Below, one piece after another: positions 1 to 9,653 of a DNA stretch of 43,376 nucleotides. Below the pieces are notes generated by a model. The model was not told the DNA's origin, made no database searches, and saw only the letters and a list, made by a program, of their open reading frames with translations. The DNA lies in NCBI GenBank assembly GCA_964636085.1, contig CAZWPQ010000009.1, positions 1 to 43,376 on the forward strand. The letters run 5' to 3'. Source of the stretch: an uncultured Nitrososphaerota archaeon. Lineage in GTDB: Archaea > Asgardarchaeota > Njordarchaeia > Njordarchaeales > Panguiarchaeaceae. Each line of letters opens with the position of its first letter. Position 1 is the first letter of the stretch. The translations under genes and the position numbers were made by a program.

Positions 1-309
1 AGTTATTAGGGCCCTCTTAAAGTGGAACTCTGCAAAGATAAAGCATACTGGTCGAGGATGTGGTTGCATTTTTCTATATATAATTATTGCTGGTGCCCCA
101 ACAGCCTGTTTTAAGTCTCTCCTATTGAAATCAAGTGATAATGTATCCAGTAACCGTTCAATAGCGGCCTTTAATTGCTTACCTCGGTCAACAAGATATA
201 ACTCGTCGAATTTCTGAAATTTTTTAAGGAAGTCTGACTTTATCCTCGCTAGAATATCCTTCTCAAAGTCATTTTTTGTGTACCTTGTTTTTCTGGGTTT
301 TTTCTGCAT
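1..309 (-). CDS. Hypothetical protein, 3'-partial (runs off the window start)
   Basis: ATG at 309 preceded by a GGTGA Shine-Dalgarno. Manual translation is open for 103 codons to base 1 (MQKKPRKTRYTKNDFEKDILARIKSDF...). Not in the ORF track. Confidence 0.6.
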   Translation of the reverse strand, partial: MQKKPRKTRYTKNDFEKDILARIKSDFLKKFQKFDELYLVDRGKQLKAAIERLLDTLSLDFNRRDLKQAVGAPAIIIYRKMQPHPRPVCFIFAEFHFKRALIT

Positions 310-394
310 CGCATCACCTATTCGTTAATGCTAAAAAAATCCATTTTATATAAACCCCAACGTATTTTTTCGACAAGCTCAAATGGTCGCGATT

Positions 395-1414
395 CTACTC
401 TATTATGCCTCCAGTTTTTATAAGCTCTATTGCTCCTTCTATATTCATGCTCCCAATATGTTGACTTATCTTCCTTATTTTGTCCAGACCTCGAATCTCC
501 TCAGATATATATGGTATTACCCATAATTTGTTTTTGGGGAATATCTCCTTTATTTTTTTGAGTTGACTAAGATGGAATTTTGACATTGTGTTGCAAAATT
601 CGCATGATCCAGAGTATATCCTCACAAAGTTCACTACTATATTTCTGTTAGGTATAGAGTGAGCTTCGAGCTCTGATGCTAGTCTTTCACTCTCAAAAAT
701 CGACATGTCATTTGGTATCATTATAACTACAAACTCCGTAGAGCTTGGATCAGTTAAGATTCCTCGTACCGCCTTAATAATGTTTCTTGTTTCCTCTAAC
801 ATTTTTAGGGTCAGGTCAGCCTTATCCTCTCTACCAAAGCCAAATATCGCCTTTATCCTCGAGAAAAACTTTGATAAACGTAGTCTAAAACGTATGAGTT
901 TTCCATAGAAACTATCGAGAAACTCCGGCAACTTCAATAGTTCTAGAGTATGGCCTGTCGGTGCCGTGTCGAATATGACAGTATCATATTCCTTTTTCTC
1001 TATTAGACTATGAAATAATTTCATGAATCCTATACCTTCCGCAAATTCATATGGTATCTGCATATCTACAAGGAGGTCAATCATTTCATCGTCCACTGGC
1101 AACATGCCGGTTCCAGGCCCCCCTTCTGGACTAACAATTTTTTGGAGAACCTGCTTTTCGACCGCGAATAATTGGACAGGGTTGAACTCTAGTGCGTATA
1201 GCTTTTTGTTTATTCTCTTTATATTATTGCCTATCTCCATATCAAATGCATCACCCAGCGAGTGGGCGGGATCTAGAGACACAACCAATGTTTTTTTACC
1301 TTGATCAGAGAGCTTATATCCTAACGCTGCAGAGAATGTTGTTTTTCCAACACCACCCTTCCCTGATACTATTATATAGGGAATCCTCCCCAGTTCTTCT
1401 ATCAAGTCATTCAT
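395..1414 (-). CDS. ArsA/Get3(TRC40)-family ATPase
   Basis: Deviant Walker A GKGGVGKTT, switch I DPAHSLGD, switch II DTAPTGHT, C-terminal CxxC (CEFC), single ATPase domain. Start placed at ATG 1414 behind a GGTG RBS. Confidence 0.92.
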   Translation of the reverse strand: MNDLIEELGRIPYIIVSGKGGVGKTTFSAALGYKLSDQGKKTLVVSLDPAHSLGDAFDMEIGNNIKRINKKLYALEFNPVQLFAVEKQVLQKIVSPEGGPGTGMLPVDDEMIDLLVDMQIPYEFAEGIGFMKLFHSLIEKKEYDTVIFDTAPTGHTLELLKLPEFLDSFYGKLIRFRLRLSKFFSRIKAIFGFGREDKADLTLKMLEETRNIIKAVRGILTDPSSTEFVVIMIPNDMSIFESERLASELEAHSIPNRNIVVNFVRIYSGSCEFCNTMSKFHLSQLKKIKEIFPKNKLWVIPYISEEIRGLDKIRKISQHIGSMNIEGAIELIKTGGIIE

Positions 1415-1622
1415 TGCTAACACCTAAAGCATCTTGGTTCGACACAATTTTTTTGATCAGCTTTTTGTGGCTTACTCTATAATTAACAAATTTATCAAAA
1501 GGTGACCACCTCGGCGGATGTGCCGACATTACAAGACCGTTACAATGTGGACAGCGATCCCGCCTAAGTGTGTATCTCCCACATTTAGTACACTTAAATA
1601 TTCTCTTTGGCAATTTATTCAC
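1407..1622 (-). CDS. nop10: H/ACA RNP protein Nop10
   Basis: KCTKCGRYTL...CPHCNG...SAHPPRWSPFDKF matches the archaeal Nop10 zinc ribbon and HPPRFSPxDK motif. Confidence 0.92.
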   Translation of the reverse strand: MNKLPKRIFKCTKCGRYTLRRDRCPHCNGLVMSAHPPRWSPFDKFVNYRVSHKKLIKKIVSNQDALGVSNE

Positions 1623-1703
1623 ACGAAACTATCCAACGTCTTTCTCTAATAAATACGGCAATTTAATACTCATGTTATACATATATTAAAGTGGTGATAA
1701 GAT

Positions 1704-2150
1704 TTGAACGAGAACAAAAAAAGACAAAGTCCCGATGTCATGGGGTATACATACATGGATATGCTTGAAATGGCCTTGTCGCAGATACCAGAGAATGTAA
1801 AAACGCCCGTTATTGTGGAGATTCCCGAGTTTGAGGTCATAAAGGAATCTGACCGAACAATCATCGTAAATTGGAACACAATAATTAATCGTTTTAATAT
1901 AGATGAAAAACTCCTTCTTAGATTCCTGCAAAGACGTCTCGGTACTATAGGAATGATTCAGAGGTCCCGTCTCTATCTCCAAGGAGTCTACACACGGGTC
2001 CGACTTAACAGATTATTAGAGGCGTTCATAAGGGAGTATGTTATATGTGATGTATGTGGTCGCCCTCACTGCATAGTCACAAAGGAGCGAGGTAGTTTAA
2101 TTAAAAAATGCCAGGCATGTGGAGCTTGGAGAGCTGTGGAAAAACCATAG
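1704..2150 (+). CDS. eif2b: Translation initiation factor aIF-2 beta subunit
   Basis: YMDMLEMALSQIPE N-terminal helix, RTIIVNW, FIREYVICDVCG...CQACGA zinc ribbon. TTG start after GGTGA. Confidence 0.92.
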   Translation: MNENKKRQSPDVMGYTYMDMLEMALSQIPENVKTPVIVEIPEFEVIKESDRTIIVNWNTIINRFNIDEKLLLRFLQRRLGTIGMIQRSRLYLQGVYTRVRLNRLLEAFIREYVICDVCGRPHCIVTKERGSLIKKCQACGAWRAVEKP

Positions 2151-2196
2151 TTTTATCTAACTAAAACAGATATGTCCCTTCTCTAAGTGATTCTTT

Positions 2197-3708
2197 ATGC
2201 TCGACCCGATAGATGTATATAGGTTGGACATCAACTCCAGATGGCTTGGCATATCTACGGATTTGCTTATGGAAAATGCTGGAAAGAATGTGGCCGATAT
2301 AGTAGAACAGAAATATAGGGATGCTACCAAGATTGTATGCATTTGCTCCAGAACTAACAATGGAGGAGACGGCCTTGTAGCCGCCAGACACCTCTCTATG
2401 TCGAGAAAAGTAACAGTCCTATTCATTGGCAGACCAGAGCTCATCAGAACGCCCGAGACAAGGAAAAACTGGGAAATTATTAACAGGCTGCACTCTGTAA
2501 GAAAAGTAATTATCAAAAATGAGGAGGATCTTCCCCTACTTGAGAACATACTATCCGATGCTGATCTCGTGATAGATGCAATCTTCGGTATTGGTATTAG
2601 GGGCAAACCTAGGGGACTAGAGGCGAGAGTCATAGAAACATTGAACAAACTAAAGAAACAATATGGCTTCAAGGTAGTTAGTGTTGATGTACCAAGCGGA
2701 TTTGATTGCTATAGAGGAGAAAGAACAGAAATAACTGTAGAGGCCGATACAGTAGTTACTTTCCATGACTTAAAAAAAGGACTAGATAAATTGCGTGCAG
2801 ACTTATACATTCGCGGAATTGGTATCCCCCGCGACGCTGAGATATTTGTGGGGCCGGGAGATCTCTTAGACATACTAAGACCCAGACACGAATGGTCGCA
2901 CAAAGGCGACTTTGGCAAGATCCTGATAATCGGTGGATCAAAATACTTTACAGGGGCCCCCGCTCTAGCAGGACTATCCGCCCTAAGGTCTGGGGCTGAT
3001 CTTGTTGTTATATATGCACCGGAGGCAATAGCTAATACCATCAGATCCTTTTCGCCTAATCTAATTGTTTGGCAATACGAAGGAGAAAAACTAAATGAGC
3101 TCGCTTTAGAGAATCTCCCCGGGATCATTAATAAGTTCGACACAATCATTATTGGTCCAGGGATCGGTGCCGATGATGAAACAATCGATACTGCACATAA
3201 TGTTATATGTCTAGCTAGTCAGCACAAACCAACAATAATTGATGCTGACGCATTAAAATCTATAGCTAAACATGGTATCCCGAAGGGAGATATCATTATA
3301 ACACCCCACGCGGGAGAGTTCAAACTTATCTTTAATGTTAAGCCGACAACCGATATAGACGAGAGGGCAAATCTTGTGATCCAAAAGGCGAAGGAGTACA
3401 GGATCACCATTTTACTTAAAGGACACATAGACATTATTAGTAATGGCATTGAAGTCAAACTTAATAGAACAGGCAATCCCGGAATGACTGTGGGTGGAAC
3501 TGGAGATGTACTCACTGGTGTTATAGCATACTTTAGGTCCCTTGGTCTTGATTCCTTTAGAAGCGCATGCTCAGCTGCTTTTGTCTGTGGATATGCAGGG
3601 GATCTAGCCTATGAGAAATATGGATACCAACTCTTGGCGACTGATGTTATAGATTTCTTACCAACAGCGATCGAAAGGACCAAGGAATTTATATATGGTC
3701 CAGGATAG
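2197..3708 (+). CDS. nnr: Bifunctional NAD(P)HX epimerase/dehydratase (YjeF/Nnr)
   Basis: LMENAG, NNGGDG, DAIFGIG, DVPSG (epimerase). HKGDFG, GPGIG, DADAL, TPHAGEF, LKG, GGTGDVLTG (dehydratase). Confidence 0.95.
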   Translation: MLDPIDVYRLDINSRWLGISTDLLMENAGKNVADIVEQKYRDATKIVCICSRTNNGGDGLVAARHLSMSRKVTVLFIGRPELIRTPETRKNWEIINRLHSVRKVIIKNEEDLPLLENILSDADLVIDAIFGIGIRGKPRGLEARVIETLNKLKKQYGFKVVSVDVPSGFDCYRGERTEITVEADTVVTFHDLKKGLDKLRADLYIRGIGIPRDAEIFVGPGDLLDILRPRHEWSHKGDFGKILIIGGSKYFTGAPALAGLSALRSGADLVVIYAPEAIANTIRSFSPNLIVWQYEGEKLNELALENLPGIINKFDTIIIGPGIGADDETIDTAHNVICLASQHKPTIIDADALKSIAKHGIPKGDIIITPHAGEFKLIFNVKPTTDIDERANLVIQKAKEYRITILLKGHIDIISNGIEVKLNRTGNPGMTVGGTGDVLTGVIAYFRSLGLDSFRSACSAAFVCGYAGDLAYEKYGYQLLATDVIDFLPTAIERTKEFIYGPG

Positions 3709-3813
3709 TATCCAACCCCTGTAATTATATAAATTAATTGTTTTACTACTTTTGTCTATGCACTATCCTGCCATCTGCATCATATCAATATCCACCCCAC
3801 AAGGAGACAATCT

Positions 3814-4986
3814 ATGGTGGTTTCCTTGAATGATGTCTTTGTTATACCGCTCTCGCCAACTGAAATTATTGTTTTATCGATATCCACCGCATGGATATTA
3901 CTCAACTTCGTATTCTTGAGAGAGATATTGAACAATGAAGAAAGCGTACTCCTTCAGCTCTTTTCCCGCGACACCATCAGTAAGTCCATACTTGTGTTCC
4001 TTGTTAGGTTCTTTGCATCATTTCTAATTCTGTCCCACATGGAAAATTTTTCTATTCATGAGTTCACTATACACGAACAGACACTCTTCATCAACGATGC
4101 ACTAATACTTGTGGCTTTGATCTGGCTCCCAGAAATACTGGCTGTGATACAGTGGGGAATAATATTCTGCGTGTTTGCACTCGCAGGCTTGGGTGCCGCC
4201 ATAATTATAGATCGTCTATATTTCTATAATTACTATGTTTGGGGCGGATTTGGACCCATCAGTACATTAATCCTTATACTTATAGTCCTTAGCTTCAGAT
4301 ACTTCTCTAACTATAGTATAAACGAGATAATCAAAATGGCCAAAAATATCAAATTGCTTAGGTACATTCTACTACTGGCAAGTATCGCGTTTATCCTAAT
4401 AGGCGGAGGAGTATTGTGGCGATTGCTCATCTCTAGCAGATTCTATAAGGAAAAACTCAGCAAACTTCTTGATCATATTGAGACAGCAACCACCGCTATC
4501 AGCGTGATAGTTATTCTATTTGTTCTGCCTCTGCAATTCCCCCAGACACCACTTTGGATACAAATACTTATCATTATTAACGCACCAATCGCATTTGCAG
4601 CTGTGGGCATCCTACTGGTTAATAATAGATTTAAGGCTTGGAAAGCAGTATTTGAGGTCTATACGGAAGAGTTTTCCGCCCAATCCCTCATAATCAAGGA
4701 TATGATTGCGAATAGAAAGAAGTTCCTTATGATCGCCCTAATCGGGAACTGGGCCGCAGTTCCAGTAGCACTATATAACATTGGAACCGTCATCTTCTGG
4801 ATAATCAACGACCTATTGCTGACAATAGTAGCAGTGGTTATACTGGGATACAGATACATCTCCTCGATGATAGACGCAACCATTGAAATTACGAAAGAAA
4901 TAAAAACAGAAAAACAAAACACAGAAGAATCAAGAGTTCCATCTAAATCGAATCTGGAAGCAACTAATCATGACACACAGTATTAG
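3814..4986 (+). CDS. Multi-pass membrane protein, unknown function
   Basis: 390-aa ORF with about ten hydrophobic segments. GGAG RBS before the ATG. No motif recognised. Confidence 0.7.
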   Translation: MVVSLNDVFVIPLSPTEIIVLSISTAWILLNFVFLREILNNEESVLLQLFSRDTISKSILVFLVRFFASFLILSHMENFSIHEFTIHEQTLFINDALILVALIWLPEILAVIQWGIIFCVFALAGLGAAIIIDRLYFYNYYVWGGFGPISTLILILIVLSFRYFSNYSINEIIKMAKNIKLLRYILLLASIAFILIGGGVLWRLLISSRFYKEKLSKLLDHIETATTAISVIVILFVLPLQFPQTPLWIQILIIINAPIAFAAVGILLVNNRFKAWKAVFEVYTEEFSAQSLIIKDMIANRKKFLMIALIGNWAAVPVALYNIGTVIFWIINDLLLTIVAVVILGYRYISSMIDATIEITKEIKTEKQNTEESRVPSKSNLEATNHDTQY

Positions 4987-4999
4987 CATTCAAAAGCGA

Positions 5000-5971
5000 T
5001 CATGAGAATATCCTTATCAACCTTCCATATGCGCTAGGAGATCCATAGACCACGACCTTATCCCCTGATAACATCTTTAGCTCCTTCGTGGGATACATCC
5101 ATTTTCCATTCCTCATAATCGCTAAGACTTTGATTCCCGTCTCCTCTTCTATATCTTCAACAGTTATCCCGCTAAGCTTCGAGTTCTCATCTATCTCCAG
5201 TGTTATAATGTTTTGGTCTCTTGCTGATATGTTTAGAAAAGCACCAACAAGATACGAGCTAACTGCTGTATTCATTGGAGATATTACCTCATCCGCGGTT
5301 CCAGACTTTATGAGAAGGCCAGCAAGGCTATCATCGTATATCCTCACAACTACTTTTATCTTAGGATTTAATTCCTTCACTCTCTCTGCGATTCTTGCGT
5401 TAAGCAAGTCATTATTAACCGCTATAATAACTGCTTTAGCCTGCTGGATCCCAGCATCCTTTAATACATCAGGATTCAATGCATTCCCAAAAATTATGGC
5501 CCCTCCCTCATCCAGCAACCGTATCACATACTCATTCTGTATTTTGTCTCTAGACAGGACTACTAATGAAAAATCTATATGGAGCACCCTTAGTGATTCT
5601 ATTATCTTCTTTCCCAAATCTCCGGCCCCAATTATAACAACATGATCCCTAAGACTCCTCGCAACTATCCTAGCCTTATCTTCCTTCGACATCGTTCTTA
5701 TCTCCACAAAACCCATTACGGGGGAAAGCTCCAATAAGATTGTAAAAAATAATGCGAGAGCCTCGAGCGTATTATGAGGCTCATAATTGAGGGACAAAAA
5801 TAATACGAGATTCGTAATAGACATCTCTGTTCGTGCAAGAACCATTAGCGTATACATTGAAAAGAAAAAAATAGAGGCATATATGAGTGTCTTCCTTACC
5901 GTCAACAAAGCAATCTTTATCTTAATAATAAACCTTTTAAAATCCCCCATCGGCATCGGAGTAATAGTCAA
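5000..5971 (-). CDS. TrkA-N/TrkA-C (RCK) domain protein with two N-terminal TM segments, potassium-channel-like
   Basis: DHVVIIGAGDLG Rossmann motif, GNALNPDVLKDAGI, NNDLLN, VISP, then a TrkA-C domain (GDKVVVYG). Confidence 0.85.
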   Translation of the reverse strand: MTITPMPMGDFKRFIIKIKIALLTVRKTLIYASIFFFSMYTLMVLARTEMSITNLVLFLSLNYEPHNTLEALALFFTILLELSPVMGFVEIRTMSKEDKARIVARSLRDHVVIIGAGDLGKKIIESLRVLHIDFSLVVLSRDKIQNEYVIRLLDEGGAIIFGNALNPDVLKDAGIQQAKAVIIAVNNDLLNARIAERVKELNPKIKVVVRIYDDSLAGLLIKSGTADEVISPMNTAVSSYLVGAFLNISARDQNIITLEIDENSKLSGITVEDIEEETGIKVLAIMRNGKWMYPTKELKMLSGDKVVVYGSPSAYGRLIRIFS

Positions 5972-6067
5972 AAATACAATATATATTTAAAGAAACAACT
6001 TTAAAGTGCTTACGAACCAATAAATATGTTTAAAAAAGACTGATTATATATCTCTTAAATTGAATCA

Positions 6068-9000
6068 CTAAATAATCTCGCTCGTGCGTAGTTGTACACG
6101 AATACCGAGACTTTGAAGCTCTCTAATTAACAACACAAAGGTGTACGGAACGGTGATCCTTGAGACGCTTTTTGTTTTAAGACCGCAAATGGGGCATATC
6201 CAACGTTTACTACGAGGATCATAACGAGCTATATAACCGTGTTCATCACATATGAAGATATCGATACCATCGCTAGAATCAACGAATCTTTCCCTTAAGA
6301 AGAAACTTAGTCCATGCCCAACCAAAGCATCTCTTTCCATTTCTCCTAATCTTAAGCCGCCGCCTCTTGCACGACCTCCCGGCGGTTGTAATGTCATGAG
6401 TGTATATTTGCCTGTTGCTCTTGCATGTATTTTATCGCGTGCTAGGTGTTTTAGACGTTGATAGTACATGGGGCCTACCAATATATGAGCTTTGTATATT
6501 TTTCCTGTTCTTCCATCATATAGTGTCTTTTCCCCGTAGTAGTTTAGTCCTAGTTGTTTCGCCCAGTTGATTAGGTCGTCTATCCAGTGTTCTGATTCGA
6601 ATGTTGTTCCGTCTATTGGTCTTCCTATTTTACATGCTATACTCCCCGCTAGGGCCTCTAATAGGTATCCTATTGTCATTCTGCTTGGTATTCCGTGGGG
6701 GTTGAATATTATGTCTGGTATTATTCCGTCTTCTGTAAATGGCATGTCCTCTTGCGGGATTATTAGGCCTACTACTCCTTTCTGCCCAGATCTTGATGCG
6801 AATTTGTCTCCTAGTTCTACTGGTCTTGGTTGTCTTAGTTTTGCATATATCTTTATTCCTTTTTGCCCCATTTCACCCAACGATACAACTATTACTGAGT
6901 CTACATATCCTGCTTCTCCTGGCCTTATTTTCTCTGACGTCTCGTCGAATAGTTTTAGGCTCCTTATTTCCCTTCTTTTGGGGGTTATTCTTCCTACGAT
7001 TTCCTGTTCTTCTTTTAGTAGTTCCCCTTCCCATGCTATTCCATCTTCTGCTAGTGTTTCTAGTTTTCCTTTGTCTTTTCCTCGTATGTCTAATGGAAGA
7101 GTTATTTCGTCCCTTAGGCCCCCCGCGTGCGTTCTTTCTGGAACTTCATATATTCTGACGAATGCCCCATTGAATAGTCCGCGCTCTATCGCTGATTTGT
7201 TTATAATTATCGCGTCCTCTATGTTGTATCCTTCATATGAGAGTACTGCAACTATGGCGTTTTGTCCAAATCCCCTCTCGCTTATTCCTATGAATTCAGA
7301 GGGTCTTGTCGTGACTAGGGGCTTTTGCGGATAATACATTAGATAGGTGGATGTTTCTGGTTTTATTCTATAGTTAAGCGTCGGAATAGTTAGTGCTTGT
7401 TTCGCCATTGATGTTTCATGTATTATTTTTGGTGCTTGGTCCGTGTTTGCGAATGGCACTATGTTGGGTATCAAGTCTAGCACTGTTGCTGGTGCTATTT
7501 CTAGGTGTGTGTGTTCTGGCGTTAGATCTTTTTCCCAGACCGCAATATAGGCATCTTCTTCCTCCTCAGCATCCAACATCTCTACTACTCCAGTTTTAAG
7601 AAGATCCTCAAATGTCAACGCCCCCTTCATGAGTTTTTTAGCGTGCTCAATTGTATATTTTGGTTTACCGTTCTCAACTATAATTAGTGGTCTTAGTATC
7701 CTCCCAGAGTCTGTAGATATGTGCACCTCCCTATATTCCTCCCAGTATTTTATATTCGCCTCCCAGTGTATCTCTCCCCTTCTTCTCATTTCTCTAAATG
7801 TTTCAACGAATTTCTTTGGATTTTTGCATACCCCTACAATGTTTCCGTCGACAAAGACAGGCACATCGGGATATGGTACCCATCCCTTTGTTATCTTCAC
7901 TTCCTTTAGTCCACATTTGGGAAGCATTTCTCTTACCATTTTCTCTCTTTCTTGTCTTCTAAGACCAACACTTACATACGCTGAAAGCGCCAGTTGCTTT
8001 GTCAATCCACATAGTGTTCCCTCTGATGTCGTCGTTATACAGATTCTGCCCCATTGTGTAGGATGAAGGTCACGTGCCTCAGGTTTACCATGTTTCGCTT
8101 GGGTGCGTGTAGTGAGTATGTTTTTAACCCTCCGAAGATGACTTAGCATTTCGATATGGTTTAGTTTTCCAAATACCTCTGTTACGCCAGTTACGCCCGT
8201 AGGCCATGTTCCCGTTGCAAGAGCTCTTTCCATAACCTCTACCAATTTTTCCGTTTTCAATATATCCCTATAGTTTAGTCTCTCAACAATATCTATTGCT
8301 CTTCCCGCCAACGCGTCTCTAGAAGCCCTAATGAATTCTCTCCACGCATACGCAAATAGTTCTCTGAGGAAATCACCCACAAGTTTAAGTCTTTTGTTCT
8401 TATAATGATCCCTATCATCTGGTTTTACCTTACCTAGATAAACCAGAATCGCCCTTCTAACTATTCTAGCCAAGTAATATGCCTTAAGATATAGAGACTC
8501 CTCCGTCGTGCCTAAGTGAGGTAGAAGAAATCTATTCAAGATATCCTTTACAAATGCTATCTTCTGTTGTTCGGCTTCAAGCGATATCATTCTTCCACGG
8601 AGACCCACTTTCTGTATATACTTATACAATTCCTTGAGTGCTGCTTCCTGACTAACAAGAGCCTCAGACGGTGCATATCTAATATTGAGAAATAGGAACT
8701 GGTATATGTCTCTTCCCTCCTCCTTGCCCTTGAATACCTCTGGAACTACTAGTTGCATGAATTCTCCTATTGTGAGGCCTAGGGCTCTAACTAATATCAT
8801 CAATGGTACGAATTTGTTCTGTATAATTCTTGGGAATCTAACAACTATCCTCATATCTCTCCTTGATATGAATACGCTAAGCCTATTTCTATATACGCCC
8901 GGAGATGTTATCCAAGCCACAATCTTATATTTTGCCGATATTTGTGAAGTACCAGTAAGTTCCTCCACTATTATTCTTGACCTTACTGTTTCTTCTCTAG

Positions 9001-9598
9001 GCAAGAACACTCTTTCGGAACCATTGATTATCACATATCCCTCTGGTTGTAGCGGATCCTCCCCGATCTTTATTAAAAACTCTTTGTTATGTCTAAAATA
9101 TTTGTTTAGATGAGGATCATACTTCGACCCAACTACCATCGGTACTGTTCCAATACGTATCTCTCCTCTCTTAATCTCCTCCTCAATTGTTTTTACTCCC
9201 TTGGACGTCTCCTCGAACCTAACACGTTTTATTGCAAACTCAACATTGATAGGTAATGCATACGTTAGTTCTTTCCATCTACATTCGAGGGGGGTGAATT
9301 GTACTTCCTCCCCCTTTGGTATTACCTTGACCTCACCGTCCACTATAAAATCAAAGAACACCCCTACTTGAGCATCTATCCTTGGAAACTTCTCAATTAT
9401 TTGAGGTATCTCCTCATCTACAAATCTTTCAAATGATCTTGTATGATGACTCGTCAGTCCAAATTCTTTAATCATTGCTTCGATAATAGCCCAACGTGCA
9501 TTAGCATTTAGAGTTACATCACCATGACTTTTTTCCAACCACGCTGGCTCTATGCTAAATGTTGATATGCTCCTAACCCTCCTTCGCTTCTTCGGCAA
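6068..9598 (-). CDS. rpoB: DNA-directed RNA polymerase subunit B (Rpo2), undivided
   Basis: GYVIINGSERV, DDRDHYKNKRL, GYNIEDA, GDKFASRxGQKG, NPHGIPSRMT, DKIHAR, GGLRLGEMERD, C-terminal zinc site. Start placed at TTG 9598 behind GGGGA; the ORF extends to 9661. Confidence 0.96.
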   Translation of the reverse strand: MPKKRRRVRSISTFSIEPAWLEKSHGDVTLNANARWAIIEAMIKEFGLTSHHTRSFERFVDEEIPQIIEKFPRIDAQVGVFFDFIVDGEVKVIPKGEEVQFTPLECRWKELTYALPINVEFAIKRVRFEETSKGVKTIEEEIKRGEIRIGTVPMVVGSKYDPHLNKYFRHNKEFLIKIGEDPLQPEGYVIINGSERVFLPREETVRSRIIVEELTGTSQISAKYKIVAWITSPGVYRNRLSVFISRRDMRIVVRFPRIIQNKFVPLMILVRALGLTIGEFMQLVVPEVFKGKEEGRDIYQFLFLNIRYAPSEALVSQEAALKELYKYIQKVGLRGRMISLEAEQQKIAFVKDILNRFLLPHLGTTEESLYLKAYYLARIVRRAILVYLGKVKPDDRDHYKNKRLKLVGDFLRELFAYAWREFIRASRDALAGRAIDIVERLNYRDILKTEKLVEVMERALATGTWPTGVTGVTEVFGKLNHIEMLSHLRRVKNILTTRTQAKHGKPEARDLHPTQWGRICITTTSEGTLCGLTKQLALSAYVSVGLRRQEREKMVREMLPKCGLKEVKITKGWVPYPDVPVFVDGNIVGVCKNPKKFVETFREMRRRGEIHWEANIKYWEEYREVHISTDSGRILRPLIIVENGKPKYTIEHAKKLMKGALTFEDLLKTGVVEMLDAEEEEDAYIAVWEKDLTPEHTHLEIAPATVLDLIPNIVPFANTDQAPKIIHETSMAKQALTIPTLNYRIKPETSTYLMYYPQKPLVTTRPSEFIGISERGFGQNAIVAVLSYEGYNIEDAIIINKSAIERGLFNGAFVRIYEVPERTHAGGLRDEITLPLDIRGKDKGKLETLAEDGIAWEGELLKEEQEIVGRITPKRREIRSLKLFDETSEKIRPGEAGYVDSVIVVSLGEMGQKGIKIYAKLRQPRPVELGDKFASRSGQKGVVGLIIPQEDMPFTEDGIIPDIIFNPHGIPSRMTIGYLLEALAGSIACKIGRPIDGTTFESEHWIDDLINWAKQLGLNYYGEKTLYDGRTGKIYKAHILVGPMYYQRLKHLARDKIHARATGKYTLMTLQPPGGRARGGGLRLGEMERDALVGHGLSFFLRERFVDSSDGIDIFICDEHGYIARYDPRSKRWICPICGLKTKSVSRITVPYTFVLLIRELQSLGIRVQLRTSEII

Positions 9599-9653
9599 CG
9601 TTATCCCCAGAACAATATCCCTTATAAGCATCCACAATACTAGGTTTAAAAAA

